A stretch of DNA of 64,000 bases from Leptogorgia sarmentosa. Its lineage: Eukaryota. The position numbers were made by a program, and so were the translations under genes. The stretch is from contig OZ210885.1 in assembly GCA_964658305.1 (NCBI GenBank), positions 25,606,001 to 25,670,000 on the forward strand. Reading direction: 5' to 3'. Within the stretch, counting starts at the first letter, position 1. Each line of letters begins with the position of its first letter. Positions 48,141-61,400 of the stretch are shown one piece after another. A model generated the notes under the pieces. The model was given only the letters and a program-made list of their open reading frames with translations, was not told where the DNA came from and ran no database searches.

Positions 48141-51100
48141 TTAATTTTGTTCATCGCTGGATGATGTGCATAAACTATCCAGAGATGTTTGTCTAAATGA
48201 TGGAAAGCTCTCATGAAGTTTAGACTTAAACTGGTCTTTAACCTTTTTTTCACCTTTCCTGATCACTTCCATACAAAACTTTGAGACAGGTTTTCTGGCA
48301 CCAGTAGGATGTTTAATGGGGAACTCAAGAGGCACTCCTCCAACAGACATTTGGAAGAATCTGTTTGCAAGGCAAAACCACATACCTTTAAGCACATCTG
48401 GTAATGAGCTTTGCTCTTTGTGCTTTGTTGTTTGGTGGTAGTTGAATGCCTTTGGACCAGAGTAAGCACCACGTACAGACCCAAGCATGTCAAGGTTAGC
48501 CATCAGCCTCTGACACATTTGAACTGATGTATGACCTACATGAAATAAAGCATTACATAGTTTTGGCCGCTTAGGGGTTGGTTAATGGAAGTTATTTTTA
48601 CTTAAGGGGACCTGACTTGACCTTTAGAATAGTCAATTAATTGTGATTATATTCTAGCTGAATCAATTTCTTAGACGTACTGTACCATGGGATTCATCCA
48701 TCTTTTATATGACTTTGATTGTACTGTACCTGTTGCATAGGTCTTCAGTGGTCTTACAATATATGTCTCAACATACTCATCCAGGTCCAGATTGTGACCA
48801 GATTTTCCACTCAGGTTGACTGACATGTTTTTCCGAACCATGCTTCTAAAAGCCAGTGGCCACAAGGAAGTAAAGTTGACAACATGGACAAATGCTTCAG
48901 TCCAGTAATTCCTAAAATCCAATTGTGCAAATATTGGCAACATCAAGACCCAAACAGTCTCCCGCATGATTCCATCTCCTTGTTTACAAGCAAATATAAA
49001 CATCTCGAGCAATGGACCAAATAATGAGAACAGCTGTTGGTGGTATTGGTGATTACCATCACATTTAGCACAATTTTCTAACCAGCTCTTGAATTTTTCC
49101 AGTAGAAGCGAATTGTGATTTCCAAATCTCCGTAGAGCCGCAGTCAACTGTTCATCTGATGGGAACTCCTTTGACATTTTGAATTCTTGTACTGCTGCAA
49201 AGCCATATGCACAGCTGGCATCTCTAACACCTTCTTGTATATGGTTGAGGTTCTGTTCTTGGAACTTCCTCTTCTTGAATGCCTCTTCTGTCAGTTTTGG
49301 CCTCTTCATGACATCATGGACCACTTTCTGAAAGCCACCTTGACCATGTGCTTTGAATGCAGCCTCACATAGGTGTCCCTTAGCATGCATGTCCCCTGGA
49401 ATTTCCGTGGACCAACCATATGCTGTTTGGTTCCTATGCCTTACACCGCGGTTGATCTTGCAAGTACCAACATCTCCAACAATTGCAGTTGGAAAACCTT
49501 CAAAGTTGGATCTCTTATATTTGTACGGTTTTGGAGTGTCTTCATCATCCATATCTTGATTAAGCTCATTTCCTGGCCTTCTGCTATCATCTGGTGTACT
49601 GCTATCAATATTTTGAACCATGTCCAATATAACTGTTTGATCTGCTCGCACTTGGGATAATGAGTCAAATACTTCAACAATTTCTGTCAGTTCCATTGCA
49701 AGGGCCATTTCCAGTGGAGTTGGTAACGGATTGAAGAGTGGACCTTTGTACTCAGCAAAATGGTCCAACAACAGTCTTACCATATCAATATCACCATTGA
49801 TCACAGCCACTGTCATTGGTGTAGCTCCGCATCCTTCTTGGGAATTTGGATTTACACCTATTGTTAGTAAAATCTTCACTAACACATAGTTTTTCATTTC
49901 CACAGCACAATGAAAAATACTTCTTTCATAGCAATCTCTCGTACCATTCATTATTTTCATGTCGGTGCCCAGCTGCTCTATCAAAGTATTTAGAGCACCA
50001 TCTTCATTGGAATAAACTGCTTGTTGAACTTTGGTACTGATTTTGTTGTACAGTTCCTTAAATGCATCATCTTGTTTCTGTTGTGCAGTCTTTCCCACAG
50101 CAGATTCTGGGTGTTGTCTTTCACCTTCGTCATTGTCGTCAGAGTCAGATAAAACATCTTCTGGTGATCTATCCATGTGTTTTTCAACAGATCTCATTTC
50201 CTTCTCCAATTCTAACATTTCGATCTGATGTGCATTAACCGACTTCATGAAGTCAAACTGATTCCGAGCAGACATGAGATCAAATTTCTTCTCTGATCTA
50301 TCAAATGGGATTGCACTGGCATGTAGACAAGGAATCGAAAATTCTCTCCCAAATTCCTCAAAAATAGCTGCAGTACCAGTAAGTGTGGAATTGTTCTCAA
50401 GTGATAATGGAAGGTTAACAATTTTGCTTTTGGTAGTTTGGCTGCTCACAGAGCGTTCTTGCATTGAAGGTGGTTTTACCTTGAACTTCTTTTCACTTTC
50501 AACACCTTTTGATAAATTAGCTTTGGAAAGCCATGTATTAAACTCTTTTTCATCCATTTCTTTAAAATGCTTGAGAGGTGTAGGAATGTCATTCAGACAT
50601 TTGTCTAGTATATCTAAATAATACGCATCACGCCAGTTGTCCCACATTTTTTTATGCTCTGGCATCGAACCTTGAAAAATAAAAAAATAAAGTAAATGGT
50701 ACTTTCTTGGTGTACATTTACAAATACATTAGTATTAATTAACCCATTGCCACATTGTGTCAATTATGTCAAAAGGCACAGTATGTAGTTTGTAAAGCCT
50801 CATCACAGGTTAAGTTTGTATTTCAAATTATATCTTAGGTTCAGTAGGTTCTATGAAGCAATAACTTTTTCTTACCCAGAAGTATACTTTCAACATTTAT
50901 AGCCGAGATATCTGCTTGTGGTAATGTGGCAGTTTCTTGACATAACAATAAATCTTGAATATCCTGGGTATCAGGGATTATTGCTGCACGACCTGTGAAA
51001 TTCCACATCTTTGGCCCCATTGATTTGAGCAGTCTGAGGTGTCTTCTCCTACCACGATAGAGGTTTATGTTGTCCATTAACAGTATAACAGGGATGTCAT

Positions 51101-53661
51101 CAGGACACTTTTCTGATATTGTTGCTTGAATTTTCTTTTGCCGTTGTTCAAGGAAATTATTTCTATTAAAAATATTTAAAACACAGTTAACATGGTAAAA
51201 ATAAAATTATAAAGTCAAAGCACAGTAAACACAGTAAACATACTGAAGTAATTATGACAGTCATGTGAAGGATTTTTCCCCTGAAGTGACAGATGGTTTG
51301 GTATTAGAAAGGAAATGTTTCCCATTAAACAAAGTTACAGTGGTCCATCACAATCGTTGGAAACCACAATTGCATGCTTTAGTGCATCTACACAAAAAAG
51401 CACCTGGGTAGCTCACAGTTCACTATAAGCATTCTTTACTCAGTGACAAAATGCTTTGATGTGCACATACAGTATAATAATAACTATAGTTACTGTAATA
51501 GTAGTATACATACAATGTATCCCAATGTGGTGTCAATCCCATGGCATTGAGAAGGTTGATAAACTGTTTCCCAGCTCCATATGTAATGGACACCAAACCA
51601 AGGAGTAAACGAACATCATTCTTGCATTTCTGATTTCTTACACTCAGTAGGAGGGCCAATGCATTCACACCACATGTAAGTTTATACTCTGGCGTCTTGT
51701 GTACTCTTTGTCGACTATCTGTTACCAGAAGTGTTTGCAAAACACTGTTTAACAGTGGACATTTCTCTTCAAAATTGTTCAACAAATTCCAGAACACATC
51801 TGACTTCAGAACATCCACATCACCACCCTCTGTTACACCAAAATTACATATTTGTTCCATCTCCTTCATTTCTATGGTAATTTGTTCTTTTTGTGTCTTT
51901 GTCATTGTACTCTCTCTTTCTTCATGGTCTTCTAGCTTTTTAAGTTTGCTTTCATATAATATAACTAGGGCAGAGTTCAGTTTAAAACTATGTTGCAGGT
52001 TTAATAGATATTTCCTTGCAAGAGGTTTAGCTGCTTCCTCATTGTTGTCCTCTAATGCTTTAATGACAGCTTCTGCATCTTCCACAAGGCTGTTTTCTGC
52101 TGCATGGATATGGTTTTGCAGCTCTTGAATTTCTTTGTTTTCCTCAGAAAACAGCTCCTTGCAGGCAATGGACCTTCTTCCAATATTTTTTAAAGAAAGA
52201 TTTGTATAGACAACCCTGGATTTAACGTTAAGAATAATAGCATCCAGTAATGGTAGTTGTTTTAATTTGGAGTTAGTCAGTGGTCTAAAGCCCCAGTCGA
52301 ACCATAATGAAAGTCAAGAACAGTTTGACCACTCATCAACTCTCTTTCACTCAGTTTTTATCAACTTTGAATAGCTTCACATTTTAGTGATAGTTAGTGA
52401 GAATTGTTATCAACTGTCATTCTTGTTTGACTGGACATAGAAAAGTAACAATTTACAAATACATGAATTTTGAAAAGGATACATCGATTCATGGTCAATC
52501 ATTTTTCTTTTCTTAGATGAACCAGGAAATAAGGCTGTAATTGTTCGTGTGAGAACATTTTTTTCCTCAGCGACCAAATCTAATAAATCCATTAGCACTG
52601 ATTGCCTAACATACACATCTGAGTCCTCATCATACACCAACACACTTTCCAAGTCAACTGACAGATTCTGTCTTCTTTCCTTACACTGGAAGCTGGACAA
52701 GTTGTATGCTATCAAACAATACAATTTAAAAAGCCTGTTTAAAATTATCCCTGACATACACATAGTATTACATATAACTATGTCATCTACAAAAAACTAA
52801 AACAACAGTATGTATTGTATACCTTGCTTATAGTTATATTTCATAACTCTACTATGAATAACAATACAGTATATTTTAGATATACCAACCTGAGGCTGCA
52901 AATCTTTTGGGTTTAGATTCAGCAGCAGCTTTTGATTCTGGCGTCAAATGGTGTTTTCCTGGCCTTTCCTTTACAGGAGTGCTCGCAGTTACAGGCTCTA
53001 CAAAATGCAAATTGGCTAATTTGAATTCCTAGTATTGATATTGGGTTACTGTATAGGTGGGTTTCACAAGGCTACACTTCAGTGCACATGGTGGTCAAAT
53101 ATACAAAATAATATTATTATAATCTTATTTGAATCTCATTATTTGACCACCATCTGCCTTTGTCTCAACTCCTCACGTGACCTAATGAAACCCAGCTATT
53201 TATTACAAATTCTTAGTATAAATATCAAAGCCCAGCAAAAAGCTTTTAAAAGAGCCATATATATAAAGAGCCTATATATATTTGTATAACTATATGGCTC
53301 TTTTAAAAGCTTTTTACTGGGCTTTGATTAATTTATACTAAGAATTCGTTTCCCACCTGGTATCTCTCTGGTTACTATTTATTACAACTACAAGGCAGAC
53401 TATTACAAGGCAGTATTTTCTTTACCATTAATACCCAGTTGTTCGAAGGATACATTCAGTTCTTCGTCACCAGAACTTGAAGATGCTATTATTAGATAAA
53501 AGTAAGAACTCAGATATGTAATAAACAGAACGAGTTGCGTGAAGCAAAATCAAAAATAATATGATCATGATGGCGCGTGTATTACACGCTGAAAAAATCT
53601 AAATTAAGGAAATATTACCTTCAGGTGGTTGTTCTTGCAGCGATTCCTCAAGATTATCCAT
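48141..53661 (-). CDS. Multi-exon Academ-type DDE transposase with embedded ankyrin repeats
   Basis: Candidate catalytic motifs LMDNIN, IVGDVGT, PGDMH, NLDLDEYVE. About 8 exons; boundaries of the small 5' exons are approximate. Confidence 0.78.
49668..49935 (-). other. Ankyrin-repeat segment (2-3 repeats) within the transposase
   Basis: RSIFHCAVEMKNYVLVKILLTIGVNPN / GATPMTVAVINGDIDMVRLLLDH / PTPLEMALAMELTEIVEVF. Confidence 0.85.
53208..53346. repeat. ~140-bp AT-rich imperfect hairpin (MITE-like) in an Academ intron
   Basis: AATTCTTAGTATAAAT...AAAGCCCAG...GAGCCATATA mirrored by TATATGGCTC...CTGGGCTTTG...ATTTATACTAAGAATT. Confidence 0.75.
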
Positions 53662-54246
53662 TGCTTTAGTAACCAGAAGCGATAACTACCTCAAAACTAC
53701 CCCATTATTTAGTAAAAAGCGATTTGTCAGATATCGGTTAAGATTTGCCAGATATCGGTCATTTTCTGCCAGGCGTCTCATTCTCTTGTTGAGCCCTCCC
53801 CACAATCCCTTGCGAAATTACGCGCTAGACGCCTGGGTACGAGGCTGCTCTAGGAAGGTTTCTTTTGGCATTCTAAATTTTTTTCCCATTCTTCCTGTGG
53901 CGCTACACCATTCAACATATTCTGCCACCATTGATCCGTTCGACCGGGTTTAAACCAACAACTACGTTTCGCTTTTCTTAATCGTCGTTGTTTGATTTTC
54001 TTTAATCTCTTCAGAAAATAGTTACGCTTTCTTAGATTTGCCTGGCATAGAGCTTGCTGTAAGCACTGTCCGTTTAATTGGTGAATCAAAATCAAGCCAT
54101 GTAATTGAAGAAGGATACATAAAAGACTCACTAATTGTAAACAAATAAGCGGAAATATCATGTTTTGTTTCGCCATTTTGAATACATTTAAATTTTCCCG
54201 CAGTTTTGCGGACTCGTTCCAGTCTCTCAAAGAGAACTTGTGAAGA

Positions 54247-54326
54247 AAGGTGGGATAATGGGTGGGATATTGGGTGGGATATTGGGTGGGATATAAAGTG
54301 GGATATAAAGTGGGATATAAAGTGGG
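54247..54326. repeat. 12-bp tandem array (GTGGGATA core) in the Harbinger subterminal region
   Basis: About 6.5 units of GGGTGGGATATT / AAGTGGGATATA. Confidence 0.85.
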
Positions 54327-55002
54327 CTGAAATTCCATATGAAATCGATTTGAATTTTATCCTGGCTAGCCGAACTGGCCCAGTTAACTGGGCCAGCTCA
54401 CCTCATATGAACAGGGCCTTAAACTCAAGCATTTTTTCTGAAATTTTGAACGGAAATACAAAACCAGACAAAGTTTCCGTCCATCAACTAAAAATTGCTT
54501 TTGAGCCTTTAAATTTCGTGCACAAGACGTTTTCTATTTGTTGGAAAAAACACTGCCCCCGGGTTTTTGAAAATTCAAATTACAAATATTTTTTGTTTAT
54601 TCTACATTATAAGTACTCAACCAATCCACATAAACCGAAAACTTTGTACCCCGAGCCCCTTTGCGATTTAAAATCTGTTCACTTTTTTTTTATACACCGT
54701 GTATATTCAAAAAACTTACATCATCATGGCCCTTTGTTCACTTGATGGGTATAAAAGATGTGCTATGCATCAACCATATTAACATGAAGAGGAAAATTAC
54801 AGTTCATTTACTAGTTTCATTATACACAAAAACTCTAACACTCTAAACCAGGAACAATTGTTTTTGACTGGAAATAAGAACCAGTTAAGAACCACTTCAG
54901 CCTGATTTCTTTCTAAGTACCGTTATATAAGCACCACTTCAGCCTGAAGTCAAAATTCACTGGTTCTTTTATGCTGGGTTTTACTGTATTGCTAATTCAC
55001 TA

Positions 55003-56067
55003 TTGAATTTCATACTACCAAAAACGGACAATGGGAACAAGTATCTATTAATGTGCATGGATTATGTTACAAAATGGCCAGAGGTATATCCGATTGCGAA
55101 CCAAGAAGCAGAAACAATTGTGAAGGTGTTGGTTGAACAGTTCGTGTGTAGATTTGGTGTTCCTTTGCAAATCCACTCTGATCAGGGACGAAACTTTTGT
55201 TCAAACGTATTTAACGAAATGTGCACTTTACTGGGAGTGAAGAAAACTCAAACGACACCCTATCACCCACAGTCGGATGGAATGGTTGAACGCTATAACC
55301 GTACCCTTGAAGCACAACTTTCCATGTTTGTCGATACGCATCAGAAAGATTGGGATCAATATATTCCGTATTTACTAATGGCATACCGGACCGCAGTGCA
55401 CGAGTCGACGAAGTGCACACCGGCAAAACTGATGATGGGACATGAGATACGAGTACCAATTGATCTGGTATTCGGAAAACCGGAACCAGAATGTTATAAC
55501 GAGGGAATTACAAAATATGGAACAAAGTTAGCCGAGAATATTGAACAAGCTCATGAATTTGGAAGAGAAGTACTTAAGACATCTAGTATGCGAATGAAAA
55601 GGCAGTATGATGTAGATGCAAAGATAAGGAGGTTTAAAGTTGGAGAATCAGTGTGGTTATATTCGGTCGTGTGTAAGAAAGGACTGTCGCCCAAGCTGAC
55701 AAGACCTTGGACTGGGCCGTACGTTATAATTAAGTCAATAAATGACTTAGTTTATAAGATCCGGTTAACAGCGAAGGCGAAGCCAAAGATTGTGCATAGA
55801 AATAGGCTATGGAAATATAATGGACGATTAGAGCGAACTGGAAACACTGCGCTAAGACATGGTGAACGAGTAAGAAGAGAACCTGAACGATATACACCTT
55901 AAATCTTCGGGACGAAGATTAATTGACAGGGGGGTATTGTAGCATAATTGGGTTCGGACATGCATCATGTACTTTATAATTTATGTAAATAGGTTTTTGG
56001 GTGTATTCTGTGTGATATGTATTAACAAGAGATAGATAGACGTGCTAATAAAACGGCCACCGCTACA
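55003..56067 (+). mobile_element. 3' fragment of a Gypsy: integrase ORF (55003-55902), PPT and 3' LTR (55938-56067)
   Basis: HSDQGRNF, YHPQSDGMVER, WTGPY; PPT GACAGGGGGG; LTR TGTAGC...GCTACA. Confidence 0.88.
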
Positions 56068-56069
56068 CA

Positions 56070-56945
56070 ACCTTGATGGACGAAGAGCTAGCAGTTAAAT
56101 TAGGTTTGGAAGGCAGAGAAATAGGCCTTAAGTTACAAGGGATAAACATTCAAAGAGTTGTGTCTTCAAAGCACATCAGTAAGTGTCAAATTGTTCGAGT
56201 TGGGAAAGAAAATAAGAAACTTTCTTTGCGTGACATTAAGACAATTAAGGATCTAAATGGCCCTGACCACAAAATGCAATGGCCGAGCTTAAACGTGACT
56301 TTCCACATCTCTGTGATTTGGATATACACGACACAGATACTAAGTCAGTACAGGTCATTGTTGGCACAAACAACTCCGAGTTGATACTCCTGAGAAGGAT
56401 TGTGAAACCTGAACAGGTATCTGACCGAGAACAATAGGATATATAGCATATGGATATGCTGTGGAGTCACTACTGGACTGGGCAGTGACAAATTGGCTTC
56501 CGGAGAGAAACGTCTCGCAGTATTCAACAATGAAAGTGTATCATAGGGAAGTCAATGTTGATGATGATCTCAAGCGATTGGTCTTGGCTCAGTCAGCGGT
56601 CGATGTTATTGGTGTGATTAAAGTTGCAAATCTGGTAAGGTCAATTGAGGATAAACGTGCCATGCAAGTTACGGAACTATCCACGAGAGAAAGAACCGAA
56701 CTTTCCCAACAATTACGAGATGGCTTTACAATGCCTACATGCGCTTAATAAGAAGTTCAAGTCGTGTCCTGAAATGGGAGAAACATACTTGCATTCAAAT
56801 CAATCTTGTGGGATGTGGCAGATGGGACGAATGATGGTAGTCTATCCCGGAGCTGTTGAACTGGTTGGAGTCGTGATGGTCAAGACGCCACAAGGAGAAT
56901 ACAAAAGATCAGTCACCAGACTATGTCTTCTGGAAGAGATGAACA
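56070..56945 (+). pseudogene. BEL/Pao pol fragments
   Basis: Protease-like region and C-terminal VMVKTPQGEYKRSVTRLCLLE. Confidence 0.7.
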
Positions 56946-58043
56946 TTATTGGTGATTATTGCTGACTGCCCAACTGAGTTCATAACGTATGGGGTCTTAC
57001 TAAATAATGCCCGGAGCACCCGGGAGTACATAAGGGTGCCCGGAGATACACAGGATAATATAAATTGGTCTACGATCTTTTCTGACATAAACTAAACTTT
57101 TCAACACACATATACTAACCAAAAATAATAATAAAAGTGATTTTCAACCAGCCTAGCAACAAACAGTGAAGCACTGCCGCCCACCAGTGAAACATGAGAT
57201 TATAATTGTAAATGTAACTATTTGCTGCTGCTGAACTAAAAAAAAAACAAGACTAGTTTGGTTTTTATCAAGTTCTATGAATAATTCAACTGAGAATTGT
57301 CATTTGTTGTTTATCGTCAAGATGACCGAGATTTGTGCGTACTGTAAAAGCCAAAATCTAAAAGAGGCTCTAGGATAGCGTAGACAACAAGCATTTAGAA
57401 ACAAACATTGTGTGTATTTACTTTTTTACTTGCGTATTTACTATTCGGCCTCTTTTCATTCCCAAGAGCTATTTTAAATTACTGCAGGAAAATGAGTTTT
57501 ATAGGAAATGCGTAGAAACCAAACAGAATATTGGTAAATTAAATATCAGAGCACCATGTGGGCCATATCCGATAACCAGATTGTTTTTTTATGGCCAATC
57601 ACAGTTCACAAATTCAGATTTACAGAGTTTAAAAATAGCTGTGACATGCGGACACTACCGTCTTCGCAGATGTCCAACTATAATAAGTCATCCTACATTT
57701 CCTACTATTCATTGTGATTTTGTCACTGAACGAGTCGTATCAAATCGGCAAGCTGGTATTTTGACAAAATAAAGTGAGATTTCCTGGTTGAGTGTTTAGT
57801 TGCCCTGAAAAGTAATTTAATAATGGCAGTAGCAAATGGGCGTGTGTTTACAATGCAACGATGATTCAGTGTTTTGCGAATGTTGTGGAGTTTGGCACCG
57901 AAATGGAGGCAATGAATTTTGCACACCAAGCCTGGTTTTCTCCAGATCATCCAACGCAGTTGTAAGAATAACTTCTCGGATGTCTTGAACATATGCTAAG
58001 AGACAATGGTCAATATTTCAATTCATAGTCAAAGTCTTGACTA

Positions 58044-58453
58044 AACTTATGGTAAATCTGTTTTCGCAAAATGCTGTACCACTGTCTGATTTGCATTTTT
58101 TTTACTTGCTCTGATCAGGGCTTTTACTCTGTCTATCACAAAATTTCTAAACCTTCCAACCAAGGGGTGGTTCCAGGAATTCTACAACAAGGGGGTGAAG
58201 TTCCCTGACAGGGGGTTTAGCCTCCTACCTCCTGGTACCATGCCTTGAAACAGGCATGGTACCAGGAGGTAGGAGGCTAAACCCCCTGTCAGGGAACTTC
58301 ACCCCCTTGTTGTAGAATTCCTGGAACCACCCCTTGGTTGGAAGGTTTAGAAATTTTGTGATAGACAGAGTAAAAGCCCTGATCAGAGCAAGTAAAAAAA
58401 ATGCAAATCAGACAGTGGTACAGCATTTTGCGAAAACAGATTTACCATAAGTT
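58044..58453. repeat. Perfect palindrome: 202-bp arms, 6-nt spacer TGAAAC
   Basis: 58044-58245 is the reverse complement of 58252-58453 on inspection. Confidence 0.95.
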
Positions 58454-61400
58454 GGAGGTACTGGCACTTCTCTCACAACTTCATCACCCAACTTGTGCTT
58501 TGGGTAAGTTACCTTCAGATATTTTTTGCCATCCTTTCTTGTCATTGTGCTCCTTTTCACGTTTTCGTTAAAGTGGAGGCATGCTAGAATATGTCTAAAA
58601 TGCACACAAATGACAATATTGAAGAGTATAAAGAATAAGTTACCTTGTTTTGTGTATCTCATGTTTACAACTACCTGCAATATGAGCCCATCCATGAAAA
58701 GCACAACATTTTTGGGTGCCATTGGTTAAGTGTTGCATGGAATCCTTCTAAAGCACTAGTTTGCTCCATTGGGGACAGCCTTTGGATATCTTTCATCAAT
58801 GATTTCTTAGACAACACTTGCTTAATCTTGTCATAACTTTTTGTTCCTAAAATTCCAAAATTAAAGTTCTCAGATGCATAATTTTGTGCAAATTGCAATT
58901 GTGAGGTCTTGTACAGTAAAACCCATTCATATATGTTTTCTTCCAAATTGTAGAAGGGAGAAAACATGCTATTAAAAACTTACAATGTACATCAGTCATG
59001 ATGCAAAAAAAATCCATAGGTATTGTAAATACAAATACAACTTCTACAGTATGCCTTGAGTTCATACTATAATTAGGTGTTGGAAAATTTGGGTCATCAC
59101 TAGCAACAGGAAGCAAAATTATGCATATCAAAGTAAACCTTGCCAATAGCCAATTGAAAAAGCTTTTTGTCATTTTTATTTAAATTATCATCCAATCAAA
59201 ATTATGAGAAGGCCAATTATGAATTTGCTAGGCATTTTCGTGTTTGGCACATGTATTCAAAAACAAATAGATAAATAATATACAGTATAGATTATTATTA
59301 TCCATATACATTTGATCCCTAAAATGTATTTTTGCATACCCACTTTAATCCACTTTCTTTTGTCAATTTCACCATGCACACAGCTTTTGAACAGGTCATC
59401 TTCATGATCTGTATGCTTGTTTGCAATGTGCCGGAGAAGTGATTTTGCTGGAGATTAGCAAAGAATAAAGTAAAATATAAATTTGGCTGATTATTGGGTT
59501 TTGAGCAGAATTTTATTACGAAGGGCCACATATAGGTGAAACTATTAACTAATCAATTACCTATGGATTTTATGTTCTTGTGACAAAAGCAATATCTATC
59601 TCATAATTTCCCTGCGGTCACTCGTATTGCTTTGTCACTTGAACATAAAATCTACATCTTCTTGCAACCATGTAATATACCATGTATTACAAGATACTTA
59701 CTTGCAACAATTCAAAGTGACCAATCTTCATTTCTGTGCAATTCATAAGTGTATATGCACAATATTTGGCACTGTGCCCCATTGAATCGAAGCGGCCATC
59801 GCCACTCCAGGTGTTGTCAGTCTTCCTCCAGCTGTCCAACAGTCGCTTCTGGTATGTCTTCCAATAACTGATGATGCTAGGGAATAGTAGACTTGATTGA
59901 TGTCTGAAGTATGTCCTGATGCTGTACATAGACAAGCCCATGTGCCTAAACACCAACAGGATTTTGCTTATCGATGCACCAGATACAAGTATGGCATAGC
60001 TAAGTAAAATATTTCCAGCTGGGTATTTGCCTAAAATAAGTGGTTGGGAATCCCATTGGAAAGAGTTCCTGCAATGCAAGCACTCTTGCTCAATTGAAAC
60101 TGCTGTCCCATTCTTTTTTATTTGGATTTTTGGGTCACCTGCTTTGCATTTAAAGCAGAACATTGAGAACAAAGCCATAAGGTTCGTGTAAAACACAATA
60201 AATTTTGGTTCAACACATGAAGTTGAACCAGGATCCCATCTACAGTAAATAAAAAAATGTTATTAGTAAATGCATGACTGATAATATGCATGGAACATGG
60301 CCCCTACATCTAAACATTTTGGTTCATTGTCCAAAATTGAAAATTAAATATGGCAAGCCTTTTGAGTGCTTTCCTTCCTTCATGTAACATGTTTGTCATA
60401 ATTTCTGATACGTACAGTATGTATGACCCAGCAACAATTTGTTTACATACACACTAGGCACTGTGAAACATAAAGCCAAAAGAAGAATGGTGTCAAAATA
60501 TTGCAGTCATTTTAAAAATAAAAACTTCACTTCTTAATTCCATGTTTATTGAATAGAAAACCCAGTTTGTTTATTGAAAACTAAATTAAGTATTCAGTAC
60601 ATACAGTACCTGAACCTGATTGTATTGCTAGTAGTACCATCATCTTCGACACTTTCCCCAGAACTGGATGACTCAGTTTCACATTCTTGCACTTGTTCTT
60701 GAGGGTCATGTTGGGATGATGGTTGGGATGATGTTTCATTTGTGTCACTGCTCATATCTTCTGATTCTGGTCCATTATCACTTTCCATCTCAACTTCAGT
60801 AACATCTGGCCCTTCCTCAGGCATTTTCTTTGGCATGGGTAATTTTTGGCGAAGGAACCAGCACTTCTTTTGCAAGGCAAGAACCTTGGCTTTGAATATT
60901 ATGCACTTGCCACATTCAACAGTCTGTGGTTGCACTGGTTGGTCTCCTGGCTGGTGTCCTGCTACCTGTTGTTGGTCTCCTGCTACATGTAGGTCCTGTG
61001 CTGCCCGGGGTTGGTCTTCTGCTGCCTGGGGATGGTCTCCAGCTGCCTGGGGATGGTCTCCAGCTGCCTGGGGATGGTCTCCTGCCGTCTGTGGCTTATC
61101 CTCTTGGCAAATGTCCATATCCTGAACTTGCAGTGACACTCTGGCATCCAGTGGTATTTCACCAATGCTGGCAATAACCATCTCTTCCTCTGCGCCTTCC
61201 ATCCCTTCTGAGGCAGACGTTGTCCCAAATGTCTCAGCAGCCTCTTGATGTATTTTACGCAACATCTATCATACAGTCAAAGAAGAAGCAAAATAAATAC
61301 ACTTTTGTAATAAATAGTCCGGTGATTGGGACTGTGTTTATTAAATGGCCACAGGCAGTGTCTGAGATACTGATTTCAATTCTGTGGTTTGATATACTGT

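Larger units (their letters stand above)
44501..53847. mobile_element. Complete Academ (AcademH-like) DNA transposon, 9.35 kb, with two convergent spliced genes
   Basis: 18-bp TIR CAGCCTCGTACCCAGGCG, gapped similarity to ~90 bp; 9-bp TSD CTCTAGGAA (44492-44500, 53848-53856); RecQ helicase plus transposase. Confidence 0.92.
43240..54419 (-). mobile_element. PIF/Harbinger transposon remnant split by mariner and Academ insertions
   Basis: Pieces 54175-53857 (RTDQWWQNM), 44490-44185 (IEKKLAVTLYFL...AFGCI) and 43372-43240 (DGTHIPI...YYCYKGFHS) join up; terminus AGGCCCTGTTCATATG at 54419 next to TAA. Confidence 0.88.

Noticed and set aside
53850..54745. ORFs with YPTL or WDIK repeats
   Set aside because: Translations of a 12-bp subterminal tandem array; only 54175-53857 is real (Harbinger N-terminus).
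56950..58040. ORFs at 57410-57772 and 57723-57992
   Set aside because: No recognisable motifs; left unannotated.
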